Shown: piece by piece, positions 52,123 to 61,961 of the stretch
How the letters are laid out: every line of letters begins with the position of its first letter
Numbering within the stretch: the first letter of the stretch is position 1
Assembly: GCA_037443035.1 (NCBI GenBank)
Contig: JBBIPC010000002.1
Coordinates: forward strand, 1 to 64,000
Source: Chthonomonadales bacterium
GTDB lineage: Bacteria > Armatimonadota > Chthonomonadetes > Chthonomonadales > CAJBBX01
Length of the DNA stretch: 64,000 nt
Direction of reading: 5' to 3'
The notes under the pieces: generated by a model
Told to the model about the DNA's origin: nothing
Seen by the model: the letters and a program-made list of their open reading frames with translations, nothing else
Databases searched by the model: none
Translations under genes and position numbers: made by a program

Positions 52123-52615
52123 CATCGTCTGGGTCAACGAGCTTATCTGCGGCGCCGGAGTACCCTTCGACTACGAGCTTCTGGAAGCCTGCATGGCAGC
52201 ACAGTACGGCTATGGTGATAGCCGTGACGTACTGGGTCAGGCCGGCGCGTTCGCCGAGAAGATGATTCGCACCGTTCCGTTTCGCGAGGGGAATCTGCGC
52301 ACGGGGCTTGTGTGCGTGACGATGTTCTTGACCGGTAACCGGCTATCGCTGGAACCGGACGCGAGTCGCCTCTTGGAGGTCGCTCGGGCGGTCCAGGCTG
52401 GCGCGTCCGAAGGCGAGGATCTTGTCGCAGCGCTACGGGGTCGCTTCGGCTCACAGACGCCGCAGGAGGCTGCGGTCAATGCCGGTCGTCCGCCTGCGGT
52501 CCGGAGTCTTGCATCGCAAGCGCTGGCGCGGCTGGGGCCTGTACTGGACGCTTGCGCGGAGGAGGACGGTCCGGTTCCCGGATGGACCGCCTCTCCATAT
52601 CTTCACAGGGACTAG
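52100..52615 (+). CDS. Fic/Doc-fold protein with degenerate active site
   Basis: YLTVHDI N-terminus; VPFREGNLRTG versus canonical HPFxDGNxR; AGGAG RBS. Confidence 0.7.
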   Translation: MFYLTVHDIVWVNELICGAGVPFDYELLEACMAAQYGYGDSRDVLGQAGAFAEKMIRTVPFREGNLRTGLVCVTMFLTGNRLSLEPDASRLLEVARAVQAGASEGEDLVAALRGRFGSQTPQEAAVNAGRPPAVRSLASQALARLGPVLDACAEEDGPVPGWTASPYLHRD

Positions 52616-53349
52616 GACTCCAGTCGTTGCCGCCGACGTGGATGCCGAAGGTGGCACACTAGCAGGCAGCCACCGCGCACGCGAATGCGCACCCTAGCGT
52701 CCACGAACACATTGCTAACGCCTAACGAGCCGGGCTCGAGATCCCGATCCTCCAGAGGCCATCGCACACCGGTAAGTGTCACGCCGTGCACGGGAGCCAT
52801 TACGACGAGCGACAGAGTGTCTCCTGGTGACCCTGTGAGTTCGGCCTGATCCGTCACCGCAATCAGTTCGCTCTTGGCGTCTACGTGGCGTAGGCGAAAC
52901 TGGTCTGCGTACTTGAGCATCACGCTGATCGTCGTGAGTGCGTGGTCGAGGCGGTATCCGAGGGCACCTACGAGAGTAGCGTCCGTACACCCCAGATCTC
53001 TAGCGTACTGCAGTGCCTTCTCAAGGTCGCACATGTTCTGATCGGGCAGATGGATACGACAGCGAGCAGGGAACTGATCGAGCATCTCAGGTTCGACAGA
53101 GTCGAAGTCGCCGACAACGTAGTCGGGCACAAGACCGTGTACGAGCAGTCGTGTGGCGGCCCCGTCCGTCGCGATAACTACGTCGGCGACTCGCTGGAGT
53201 CTTCGCAGCAGCCGTATCCCCGGTATGGCGCCGTTGGCAACGATGAGACAACGGCGAGATGCCGGGACCGGCCTGGTTTCACGAACGTCATGTGCGCAGA
53301 CGTGGTCGTTGGACCGCGGCGAGGTCCCGGTTCTCCTGCTCAATCGCAC
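52612..53349 (-). CDS. thiN: Thiamine diphosphokinase
   Basis: LIVANG, IATDGAA, VVGDFDS, DQNMCDLEKAL, GALGYRLDH, GVRWPL, GVSN. Start approximate; overlaps the pilin gene stop. Confidence 0.92.
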   Translation of the reverse strand: MRLSRRTGTSPRSNDHVCAHDVRETRPVPASRRCLIVANGAIPGIRLLRRLQRVADVVIATDGAATRLLVHGLVPDYVVGDFDSVEPEMLDQFPARCRIHLPDQNMCDLEKALQYARDLGCTDATLVGALGYRLDHALTTISVMLKYADQFRLRHVDAKSELIAVTDQAELTGSPGDTLSLVVMAPVHGVTLTGVRWPLEDRDLEPGSLGVSNVFVDARVRIRVRGGCLLVCHLRHPRRRQRLES

Positions 53350-54080
53350 CCTCGATAGTACATCCTGCCGGTGGCGGGGTTGATGTCGCCGCTCCGCTCA
53401 CCTCCCGGACACACCACATGCTTGTCGAACTCATCGTTGGAGACGGTGAACTTCGCATGACCGTCAACGAAGATAACGGTCCCCCCGCGCGGATGCCATA
53501 GCTGGAAGTAATCGGGCACGTACGCATACTTCGGCATCGTGAAAAACGGAAACATCTCGTCCCGCATCATCCGCGTTTCAGCAGGAAGAACGAACGAGGA
53601 GTCGTAGACCATTCGCGTCCACGAGTAGACAAAGTTGTTCTGGCTCGATTCGCCCCCCACGACGCAGAAGCTGCCCTTGCTGAACCGATAGCTGGACCCG
53701 TAGCACGCATGGTACGTCGTCCTGCCCGGACATCCGTAGAACGGGTCGCTCAGTGCAGGACCGCCAGCATCGTCGGGACAGCGGAAGATATCCTTGTTCT
53801 TGCCGTACGGAAGGATAAGCAGCTCTACGCCCTTGTGGCCTGGCGACCCTGATGGAGGCTGCGAGTTGTATGCGTAGAAAATGGGCATGGTCTCATCATA
53901 GTCCGACACATACATACGCACCTGCATGCCCACCTGCCGTGCATGCGTCACGCATACGGTCTCCCGAGCCTTCTCGCGAGCCTGAGAGAAGACGGGGAAG
54001 AGTATCGCTGCGAGGATGGCGATGATAGCGATCACCACCAGTAGCTCGATCAGCGTGAATGCCCTTCTACTGTCCTTCAT
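53340..54080 (-). CDS. Prepilin-type N-terminal cleavage/methylation protein with H-X9-DG motif (DUF1559-like)
   Basis: [55 protein letters not shown] at 54089-54094. Confidence 0.9.
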   Translation of the reverse strand: MKDSRRAFTLIELLVVIAIIAILAAILFPVFSQAREKARETVCVTHARQVGMQVRMYVSDYDETMPIFYAYNSQPPSGSPGHKGVELLILPYGKNKDIFRCPDDAGGPALSDPFYGCPGRTTYHACYGSSYRFSKGSFCVVGGESSQNNFVYSWTRMVYDSSFVLPAETRMMRDEMFPFFTMPKYAYVPDYFQLWHPRGGTVIFVDGHAKFTVSNDEFDKHVVCPGGERSGDINPATGRMYYRGCD

Positions 54081-54150
54081 GTGTGTCACTCCTTCCGACG
54101 CGGGTACGCGCCGTACGGAGCTGACACCTCGGCCCGGGTCCAGACAGCAT

Positions 54151-54190
54151 AACGCCGCTGTCCCGAGCCGATCGTCAGGACAACGGCGTC
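54151..54190 (-). terminator. Expression-platform hairpin of TPP riboswitch
   Basis: 16-bp stem GACGCCGTTGTCCTGA/TCGGGACAGCGGCGTT (with G-U pairs) downstream of the aptamer; weak U-tract. Confidence 0.55.
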
Positions 54191-54207
54191 ACCAATGCGA
54201 TGCATCG

Positions 54208-54300
54208 TCGCTTCCCTCCGTCGGCATTACCCGCATCAGGTTCATGGGGTTCCCCGCAGATTGCGAGGTCTCAGCCGGCCTACGCCAGCACCCCCAGCGT
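54208..54300 (-). ncRNA. TPP riboswitch (THI element)
   Basis: Minus strand reads CGCTGGGGGTGCTGGCGTAGGCCGGCTGAGA...AACCCCATGAACCTGATGCGGGTAATGCCGACGGAGGGAAGCG. It contains GGGGTGC, CTGAGA, ACCC, GAACCTGAT, GTAATGCC and GGGAAG. Confidence 0.95.
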
Positions 54301-54345
54301 TCGTTATTCTAATGTGGGACCAGTCTTCCGACCAAGCCCGAACTG

Positions 54346-54375
54346 TCTATACCGCGCCAGGTGCGGTCTTGTCAA
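54346..54375 (-). promoter_or_regulatory. Putative sigma70 promoter for TPP-riboswitch operon
   Basis: TTGACA-N18-TATAGA on the minus strand. An alternative -10 (TAGAAT at 54306-54311) lies just before the aptamer. Confidence 0.5.
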
Positions 54376-54704
54376 GCATTATCCACAAACGGCGCGAGTT
54401 TGTCAGCGATCACCTTCTTCGGTACCGCCCCCACAACCTGCGCGACTGGCTTGCCATCCTTGAACACGATGAGTGTAGGAATGGACATAATCCCGTAGCG
54501 GGCGGCTATGTCGCCCTCCTGATCCACATCGAGCTTGTAGACTCTCGCCTTCCCTGCGAACTCGTCCGCAATGGCCTCCACGTGTGGTGCAACCATGCGG
54601 CACGGCCCGCACCATGTCGCCCAAAAGTCCACCAGCACGGGTACATCCGACTGAAGCACTTTCTCGTCAAACTCCGCCGCCGTGACTGCAGCAACCGCTC
54701 CCAT
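54372..54704 (-). CDS. trxA: Thioredoxin
   Basis: VDFWATWCGPC, MSIPTL; GGAAGGAG RBS. Confidence 0.96.
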   Translation of the reverse strand: MGAVAAVTAAEFDEKVLQSDVPVLVDFWATWCGPCRMVAPHVEAIADEFAGKARVYKLDVDQEGDIAARYGIMSIPTLIVFKDGKPVAQVVGAVPKKVIADKLAPFVDNA

Positions 54705-54787
54705 AGGTGTCTCTCTCCTTCCACGTAACATAGACATGGGCGGCACCCGTCGAACTGCCGCCCTGGCAACTGTTCCTTCGTGAACCT

Positions 54788-55651
54788 CTACGCAGACCCC
54801 TGTCCCTCGGTTCCCCTTGGAAAACCTGGTCCTCGCAGCGTTAGCACGACGACCTCTGGCGGACAGCGGAACCGTAGCGGCAAGCCGACGGTCCCGACCC
54901 CACGCGACACGAACAAAGGGTTTGGCGCATGAGGATAGTATCCCATATGGTACTTGCGCGCGCCCGCTGGGGTATAGGCTGGCAGACCCGGGAAACGTAT
55001 CTGCCCCCCGTGGGAGTGACCGGAAACCTGCAGCGCCACCTCGATGAAGGCATAGTCCGCGAAATCGGGCTCGTGAACGAGCATGATTTTCGTTGCGTCC
55101 TCTGGAACACCCTTCGCCGCTACGGTTGCATCAGCGGCGCCAGTGGCGATGGAATCCACACCGAGAATCCAGAGGCCATCGCGCCCTTTGGCGCGAGCAT
55201 GCTCATTGCATAGCACCTGAATTCCGACGTTCCTGAGTCCCGCTTTGATGGCCTCGGGGCGGCCTGCCCAGTAGTCATGGTTCCCAAGTGTGGCGAACGC
55301 CCCCAGAGGCACCCTCGTCACCGGCGCCAGAGCATCCACGGCTTCTGACACCCAACGCCCTCCCCCAAGCGTGACGTAGTCCCCTGTCAGGAAGACGATA
55401 TCCGGCTTTTCGGACATGAGGATTCTAACCGCCTCCCGAGCGCGCTCCGTCGCCCGCTCGCTGTCGCAGTGAAGGTCACTGAGCTGCCCGATGCGGAGGG
55501 GTGGCGCTTGCGGAGTCCACCTAGGTAGACGCAGTGTCAGCCGTGTCACACCGATGTGCCAGGGCTCCCAAAGGTAGGCATAGGAGAAGCCACTCGCGCC
55601 AAGCCCACCACCAACGAGAAGCGCACGCCTCAGGAGCTGGCGGCGTGTCAC
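54788..55651 (-). CDS. Metallophosphoesterase (YkuE-like) with twin-arginine-like leader
   Basis: [31 protein letters not shown]. Confidence 0.9.
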   Translation of the reverse strand: MTRRQLLRRALLVGGGLGASGFSYAYLWEPWHIGVTRLTLRLPRWTPQAPPLRIGQLSDLHCDSERATERAREAVRILMSEKPDIVFLTGDYVTLGGGRWVSEAVDALAPVTRVPLGAFATLGNHDYWAGRPEAIKAGLRNVGIQVLCNEHARAKGRDGLWILGVDSIATGAADATVAAKGVPEDATKIMLVHEPDFADYAFIEVALQVSGHSHGGQIRFPGLPAYTPAGARKYHMGYYPHAPNPLFVSRGVGTVGLPLRFRCPPEVVVLTLRGPGFPRGTEGQGSA

Positions 55652-56835
55652 ACAAGCCCCAGGCGTCGGCCGACCTTCTCCATGGCGGCGAGTGCCTCAT
55701 CGAGATCGCTGCGCTCATGGGACGCATTCGGCATGGTGCGTACCCGAGCTTTGCCGCGCGGAACTGTCGGGAACACGACTGCCAGCGCGAGAACTCCCTC
55801 CTCGAAGAGACCCCGCTGCAGTTCCTGTGCCTTGCCCTCGTCGCCGACCATCACGGGTGTAATGGGCGTCTCCGTCACGCCGATATCGAAGCCCAGCCTC
55901 TTGAGGCCGTCTTGCCAGTAGCGTGCATTGTCCCAAAGCTTCTGGGTCAGGGATGGATCCGATTCCATCAAGTCGATGGCCGCCAGGATTGCCGCCACGA
56001 CCGCTGGCGGGTGGGCTGTGCTGAAGAGGAAGGGCCGTGAGCGCTGCGTCAGCCAGTCAATGAGGGCATGGCTGCCGGCGATATAGCCGCCCATGACGCC
56101 AACCGCCTTGGACAATGTGCCGAGCTGGATATCGATGCGCTGATGTACGCCGAAATGATACGCCGTCCCCCGTCCTCCGCCAAGTACTCCCGAACCGTGT
56201 GCATCGTCTACCATGACGGCAGCATCGTACTGCTCCGCCAGCTCGACGATCTTGTCCAACGGCGCGATGTCCCCATCCATGCTGAAAACGCCGTCGGTCA
56301 CGATGAGCCGCTTGCGGTATTGGCCCGTCCGCTTCAAGACTTCCTCTAGCGAGTCCATGTCGCGGTGCTTGTAGATGGGTCTTTGCTCGGAGGGTAATCC
56401 CGTGAGACGACAGCCATCAATGATACTCGCGTGGTTGAGCTCATCCGAGATGATGGCATCGTCCTTGGTGACGATCGCCGGGATCGTTCCGGCGTTGGCT
56501 GTGAAGCCCGACTGGAAAACGATGGTGGCTTCGACATGCTTGAACTCTGCCAGTCGGCGCTCCAGCCTCTGGTGAATCGCCATGGTGCCGATGATGGTGC
56601 GCACGGCGCCCGCACCAGCGCCCCACTCCTCGACGGCACGAATCGCCGCCTCCTTGAGCTTCGGATGATTCGCTAGCCCAAGATAGTTGTTGGAGGAGAG
56701 GTTGATAACCCTCCGCCCGTCCACCGTGATGCGCCCGCCTTGCGGCGTCTGAAGCTCGACCAGCGGTTTGTACAGATGTTGCTCCTGCAGAGCACCTAGT
56801 TGTTCTCCAAGCCAGCTCTGAAGGGTCGGATTCAT
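55648..56835 (-). CDS. Glycine C-acetyltransferase / 8-amino-7-oxononanoate synthase family PLP enzyme
   Basis: [40 protein letters not shown]. Confidence 0.9.
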   Translation of the reverse strand: MNPTLQSWLGEQLGALQEQHLYKPLVELQTPQGGRITVDGRRVINLSSNNYLGLANHPKLKEAAIRAVEEWGAGAGAVRTIIGTMAIHQRLERRLAEFKHVEATIVFQSGFTANAGTIPAIVTKDDAIISDELNHASIIDGCRLTGLPSEQRPIYKHRDMDSLEEVLKRTGQYRKRLIVTDGVFSMDGDIAPLDKIVELAEQYDAAVMVDDAHGSGVLGGGRGTAYHFGVHQRIDIQLGTLSKAVGVMGGYIAGSHALIDWLTQRSRPFLFSTAHPPAVVAAILAAIDLMESDPSLTQKLWDNARYWQDGLKRLGFDIGVTETPITPVMVGDEGKAQELQRGLFEEGVLALAVVFPTVPRGKARVRTMPNASHERSDLDEALAAMEKVGRRLGLV

Positions 56836-57021
56836 GATGACGGTCTCCTTGCCTCGTTCTCGCAAAGAAAGATACGCCAAAAACCGGGAGAAGGGTCCAA
56901 GATGGATCACGAGAAGCTACCACCACTCGTCGTTCCGACATCTCGTGCCCGAGCGACGGCAGCAGCGAACGGCGCTTACGCTGGTGTTCGGCTGCCGCAT
57001 GATCCAGGGAATCCGTCGCCC

Positions 57022-57060
57022 GTGGTTTCGATACGGCCGGACGTTGGCGGTCCGGTCTAC
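57022..57060 (-). repeat. Dispersed GTAG-hairpin (REP-like) element, copy 2
   Basis: Reverse complement is GTAGACCGGACCGCCAACGTCCGGCCGTATCGAAACCAC, 33/39 identical to positions 1-39. Confidence 0.7.
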
Positions 57061-57148
57061 TCGACCACCGGTGCAGCGCCAAGGTCTGGCGTTCTTGCGT
57101 GTGGAGGGCATGGCACCAGGGATGCCCAGGCACCATGCCCTGAAAGTG

Positions 57149-57463
57149 CTACTTGCCGCCTGCTCCTTTGCCGCCCATCATGAGACCGGGCTGCTGCGCT
57201 GGTCCTTCCATGCCTGCGCCTGCAGGTCCCTCAGCGGAACCACCCTTGACGCCGACATTGGCGGCCGGAGCCTCCTCGCCCTGCTGCTGCTGCATGAGCT
57301 GTGCCTTGCCAACGAAGCCAGGGAGGGACCCCTTGTTCTCGCCTTGAGAGGACCGCACGGTTCGCGTGATGGAGAAGATCGCCGCGGCGACCGCTAGAAT
57401 CGCGATGACGACTACCAGCACTGTGCGACCCGAGGAGTTACCTTCGCCTGATGCTCTGGCCAT
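57149..57463 (-). CDS. Small single-TM protein with low-complexity Gly/Pro/Gln tail
   Basis: VLVVVIAILAVAAAIFSI TM; AAAGGA RBS; directly downstream of the pilin-like gene. Confidence 0.7.
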   Translation of the reverse strand: MARASGEGNSSGRTVLVVVIAILAVAAAIFSITRTVRSSQGENKGSLPGFVGKAQLMQQQQGEEAPAANVGVKGGSAEGPAGAGMEGPAQQPGLMMGGKGAGGK

Positions 57464-57490
57464 GTGTGTTGTCCTTTGGCCTCTCGCAGG

Positions 57491-58288
57491 CTACTTGTAC
57501 TGGGCGTCCCAGTGCAGATAGTTCGGCTTGGATCCATCCCACTGCCCACCTACCACGCGGCACATGCGCAGGCGATCCATGGTCTTCACATGTCCATCCG
57601 CAAAGCCGAAGTTCGTCAGGCGATTGTGGGCACCAATGCTGAAACGCGCGTCGCCAGTCCCGCACCAATTCACCGTGAAGTAGTCGGGCGCCGTTGGCCA
57701 AGTTGGATCCGCGATATCCGAGTTGTCCCATCGCCAGTAGGACATGTATCTGGCGTAGCTGACCGTTGTCCACAACTCGTAGAGGTTCGCTGTCTCTGCT
57801 GGTGCACCCACTTCGGCCTGGGTTCGCGATCGCTCGGCGTTGTAGTACGCGTGCACTCCGAAGGTGTTGTACGGGTAGCCGTTCTGGTAGTGGGTCCAAG
57901 AGTAGCTGATGGGATAGCCGATGCCTGTTCCGTACCGGTCCACGCCGCAGTCATCCCGCTGGATACCGTCGCTGGGGCACTTCCACACGCCACCGTTCTT
58001 GATGTACGGTGCTAACGCATTTTCCGAACCCCACATCTGATCGGGATCTCCGGGGTTGTTGTTGTTGAACGACGCAACCCCGCACTTGATCCGGTGGAAC
58101 ATCTCGTCGTAGTCCTGGCTGTACATGAGCGCAGCCGTCAGGAGCTGCTTCATGTTGGAGATGCAGGATGCCTGCCTGGCCTTTTCACGGGCCTGAGCGA
58201 AGACAGGGAACAGAATCGCGGCTAGGATCGCGATGATCGCGATCACGACCAACAGCTCGATGAGGGTGAAACCACGTGCTCGATGCAT
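57491..58288 (-). CDS. Prepilin-type N-terminal cleavage/methylation protein with H-X9-DG motif (DUF1559-like)
   Basis: [66 protein letters not shown]. Confidence 0.9.
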   Translation of the reverse strand: MHRARGFTLIELLVVIAIIAILAAILFPVFAQAREKARQASCISNMKQLLTAALMYSQDYDEMFHRIKCGVASFNNNNPGDPDQMWGSENALAPYIKNGGVWKCPSDGIQRDDCGVDRYGTGIGYPISYSWTHYQNGYPYNTFGVHAYYNAERSRTQAEVGAPAETANLYELWTTVSYARYMSYWRWDNSDIADPTWPTAPDYFTVNWCGTGDARFSIGAHNRLTNFGFADGHVKTMDRLRMCRVVGGQWDGSKPNYLHWDAQYK

Positions 58289-58403
58289 TTCGGTGCTCCT
58301 CCCCTGTGGGTATAGGTCCGCTCGATGAGCGCAGCTACCGGCGTGCGGCTCCCCTGGCTCCTTCCAAACCCTCTCTCGCCGGCACTGCCGCTGTGGACCT
58401 GTC

Positions 58404-59696
58404 TTATAGATTCAGCGCACGGCCTGCAATATCCTTCCTATAGTGCATACCTTCGAACGAAATGAACTGGATAGCTGCGTACGCTCGGCGTGCAGCCTCT
58501 CCGAGGTCTGGTCCCGTTCCGGTCACCCCGAGAACGCGCCCGCCAGCCGTCACAATCTGGCCATCCGCTTCACGTGTCCCGGCATGGAAAACGGTGCATC
58601 CCTCGGCCTGAGACGCACGATCGAGACCGGAAATGGGCTTGCCCGTCTCGTAGTCTCCCGGGTATCCGCGGGAAGCAGCCACAACGCACACGGCGGCCTC
58701 GGCGGAGCATGCGACGTCTACGTCGTCGAGCCGCCCATTGACGGCGGCATCCATCATCTCGAACAGGTCCGCCTCCAACAATGGCAAGACCGCTTGCGTC
58801 TCTGGGTCGCCGAATCGGCAGTTGAACTCCAGCGTCCTGATGCCTTGAGCCGTGACCATGAGACCCGCATAGAGGACCCCTTTGTACGGGATTCCGAGGT
58901 CTCGGATGGCGTGCACCGCAGGTCTTAGTACTAGCTCCAGTGCCTCGTTCACGATGCTATCCGGCAGAATCGGCACCGGCGAGTAGGCGCCCATGCCGCC
59001 CGTGTTGGGTCCCTGATCGTTGTCGTAGGCACGCTTGTGGTCCTGAGACGGGGGGAGCGGTACCACGCATTCGCCGTCGGTGACGGCCATGATGCTGACC
59101 TCTTCACCCTCGAGGCATTCCTCGACGAGAACGCGGTCGCCTGCGGCACCGAAGGTCCTGCGCACCATCATGTCTTCTACTGCTTGGTGCGCCTGTTCCT
59201 CATCGGCGGCCACCACGACACCTTTGCCCGCCGCGAGACCGTCGGCCTTGATCACGATGCGCGTGCCGGGTTCGGGGTGAGCGGCGAAGTGGCGGCGGAT
59301 GGCGTCATGAGCGGCCTGCGGATCCTCGCATAGCTTGTACGAAGCGGTGGGAATTCCGTAGCGTACCATCAGCTCCTTGGCGAAGACTTTGCTGCCTTCG
59401 ATACGAGCGGGGTCGGTGCTTGGTCCGAACGCGGGCAGTCCTCGTGCCTCGAAGCGATCCACGATGCCGGCGATGAGGGGCGCCTCGGGTCCGATGACCG
59501 TAAGGTCTATCTTCTCTCCGGCAGCGAAGTTCGCGAGTCCCTCGATGTCCGTGGACTGGATGTTGATGCATTCTGCGATCCGAGCGATTCCCGCGTTGCC
59601 AGGAGCGCAGTACAGCCGGTCCACGTGGCGGCTCTGAGCGAGCTTCCAGATGAGCGCGTGCTCGCGTCCTCCTCCACCAACGACTAGAACACGCAT
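58404..59696 (-). CDS. purD: Phosphoribosylamine--glycine ligase
   Basis: [44 protein letters not shown]. Confidence 0.97.
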   Translation of the reverse strand: MRVLVVGGGGREHALIWKLAQSRHVDRLYCAPGNAGIARIAECINIQSTDIEGLANFAAGEKIDLTVIGPEAPLIAGIVDRFEARGLPAFGPSTDPARIEGSKVFAKELMVRYGIPTASYKLCEDPQAAHDAIRRHFAAHPEPGTRIVIKADGLAAGKGVVVAADEEQAHQAVEDMMVRRTFGAAGDRVLVEECLEGEEVSIMAVTDGECVVPLPPSQDHKRAYDNDQGPNTGGMGAYSPVPILPDSIVNEALELVLRPAVHAIRDLGIPYKGVLYAGLMVTAQGIRTLEFNCRFGDPETQAVLPLLEADLFEMMDAAVNGRLDDVDVACSAEAAVCVVAASRGYPGDYETGKPISGLDRASQAEGCTVFHAGTREADGQIVTAGGRVLGVTGTGPDLGEAARRAYAAIQFISFEGMHYRKDIAGRALNL

Positions 59697-59835
59697 AGAG
59701 AAACTCTCCTTACCCTCGTCACCAGTCTGACTGGCTTGCTGCCAGTCCCGCTGGTGCCTGTATGTTGGCTTACCTCAGCGCTAGAATGCGCCAGTCTGCG
59801 CGTCGGAAGCTGCCAGAGTCTCCTTGCGGGTACGA

Positions 59836-61248
59836 CTATTCCTCCTCCGAGAGGTTGTCGAACCGCGCATATGCCGGATGAAATGCCACCTTGACTCTGC
59901 CGGTCGGTCCGTTCCGCTGCTTGGCGATGATCAACTCCGCTACATCTACGACGTCATCAGGCGCGGGGCCATCGGACTGGGTTTCCTCTTCGGCATCGTC
60001 CGTGGATCCCCTCTGCTGCTGCCTCTTCTCGAGCTGCTTGTAGTACGACTCCCGATAAATGAAAATGACGACGTCCGCCTCGGCTTCGATGCTACCGGAC
60101 TCGCGGAGGTCCGACAACATCGGGCGCTTGTCGTTTCGACTCTCGACTGCTCGGGACAATTGCGAGAGTGCGATGACGGGTCGCTTCAGCTCCCGCGCCA
60201 GGCTCTTCAGGCCCCTGGCGATTTCCGTGATCTCCTGATTCCGATTGTCAGCTTTCTTGTGGGAACGCATGAGCTGCAGGTAATCCACGACGACAAGCCC
60301 GAGGTCCTTCTGCTCGGCCATGAGCCGTCGGCACTTTCCTCGGATGTCCATCACAGTGCTGTCGGTGCTATCGTCTATGAAGATCGGCATTTCCACCAGT
60401 CGCGAACATGCCTCGCCTACTCGTGGCCACTCATTGCGGCGCAGGTGCCCCGTGCGGAGCCGATGGGCGTTGATACCGCCCTCGGAGCAGATCATGCGCA
60501 GGCACAGTTGCTCCTTGGACATCTCCAGGCTGAACAGCGCAACCGGCAGTCGTTTGGTCTTGGCCACGTGCTGGGCGATATTCAGCGCCAGCGCGGTCTT
60601 GCCCATGGAGGGACGCGCGGCAATGATGATGAGATCCGCGTTCTGGAGTCCGGCCGTCATCTCGTCCAGGCGCCGGAACGATGTCGGCACGCCTGTGATG
60701 CCGGAGTCCGTGTCTGACAGGTGCTCGAGCTGATCGAGAACCTCGCCAGCGAGAGTACTGATGGGGGTGAAGTAGGCATCGGACCGGCGCCGCCCGACCG
60801 AAAAGACAAGCTGCTCAGCTTTGTCCACGACTTCGCTGATGTCCTCGAAGTCCTGGTAGGCCATGTCACGGATCTGGCCGGCGGCGTCGATGAGGCGCCT
60901 GAGTACGGCCGTCGCCTCCACCCGCCCAGCGTAGTAGGCAGCGTTAGCCGCGCTGGCTACGGCATCGGTGAGCTGGACAAGGTAGGGTGCACCGCCCACC
61001 GCCTCCAGCGCCTCCTGGCGCTTGAGCTGCTCCTGGAGCGTTAGCACGTCGACGGGCTCGTTCCGCTGGTAGAGGGCTAGTATCGCCTCGTAGATCACCT
61101 TGTGTGCGTCTCGGTAGAAGTCCTCGGGACGGAGGACGGCCTGCACACGGTCTATGGCCGAGCGCTCGATGAGCATGGCCCCTAGCACGGCCTGTTCCAT
61201 CTCCAGGCTCTGAGGGGGAATCCGATCCTCGACGGAAGCCCTGTTCAT
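59836..61248 (-). CDS. dnaB: Replicative DNA helicase
   Basis: AARPSMGKT, FSLEMS, VDYLQL, LSQLSR, SDLRESGSIE; no intein. Confidence 0.97.
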   Translation of the reverse strand: MNRASVEDRIPPQSLEMEQAVLGAMLIERSAIDRVQAVLRPEDFYRDAHKVIYEAILALYQRNEPVDVLTLQEQLKRQEALEAVGGAPYLVQLTDAVASAANAAYYAGRVEATAVLRRLIDAAGQIRDMAYQDFEDISEVVDKAEQLVFSVGRRRSDAYFTPISTLAGEVLDQLEHLSDTDSGITGVPTSFRRLDEMTAGLQNADLIIIAARPSMGKTALALNIAQHVAKTKRLPVALFSLEMSKEQLCLRMICSEGGINAHRLRTGHLRRNEWPRVGEACSRLVEMPIFIDDSTDSTVMDIRGKCRRLMAEQKDLGLVVVDYLQLMRSHKKADNRNQEITEIARGLKSLARELKRPVIALSQLSRAVESRNDKRPMLSDLRESGSIEAEADVVIFIYRESYYKQLEKRQQQRGSTDDAEEETQSDGPAPDDVVDVAELIIAKQRNGPTGRVKVAFHPAYARFDNLSEEE

Positions 61249-61371
61249 GATGACGCCGCTACCCCTGCGGCCATGTCACATGTAGCACCGGACTGCAGTG
61301 TTCTCGATGGCGGTTCTCGCACGTCACGATGATCACGTACCTATAGCCGTCGTGACGCGAATAGACGGTCG

Positions 61372-61899
61372 TCACGCCGAGGCTTCGGCCTGCTCAGCGA
61401 CAGTATCGGCCGTTCGTTGTGCCGCCTCCTCAGCGGCTCTCCTCGCCAGTTCCTCTTCCGTGGTCACATCCACGTTCACCTTGACCGTCACATCGGCACC
61501 GAGCCTAACCGGCACCACGTAAGTTCCCAGGCTCTTGATCGGGTCCACGAGACCGACGCGGCGCTTGTCCACTTCAATACCAGTGGCCGACTTGATGGCG
61601 TCAGCGACATCCTGGGCAGTAATCGAACCGTAAAGTTTCGTGCCCGCTCCAACCTTGCCAGTAAGGACGACGGTCGTCCCTTCGAGCTGGCGGGCGTGGC
61701 TCTCTGCGTCGGCATGCAGCCGGTCGCCACGAGCGCGCTCATGCTCCAGCCGAGCCTGGTGGTGTTTGAGGAACCCGCCCTTCGCTGGCACGGCATAGTT
61801 GCGGGGAAACAGGTAATTGCGAGCGTATCCGTCGGCCACGTTGACGATCTCGCCGCCCTTACCCACCTTCGGTATGTCTCGTTGCAGTATGACCTTCAT
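61372..61899 (-). CDS. rplI: 50S ribosomal protein L9
   Basis: MKVIL, VADGYARNYLFP, KLYGSIT. Confidence 0.97.
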   Translation of the reverse strand: MKVILQRDIPKVGKGGEIVNVADGYARNYLFPRNYAVPAKGGFLKHHQARLEHERARGDRLHADAESHARQLEGTTVVLTGKVGAGTKLYGSITAQDVADAIKSATGIEVDKRRVGLVDPIKSLGTYVVPVRLGADVTVKVNVDVTTEEELARRAAEEAAQRTADTVAEQAEASA

Positions 61900-61961
61900 T
61901 CAGACTTCTCCTTCAGGCAGCGATTCTAACGAATGCTGCCATGCTTGCTTCTCTCGTCTTC

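Noticed and set aside
56836..57148. Glycine riboswitch upstream of the glycine C-acetyltransferase-like gene
   Set aside because: No GGAGA...CCGAAG...CTCTCAGG aptamer pattern on the minus strand.
59697..59835. ZMP/ZTP riboswitch upstream of purD
   Set aside because: GACTGGCG is present, but the P2 stem and the 3' CGCCTGGGC pseudoknot hairpin are absent.
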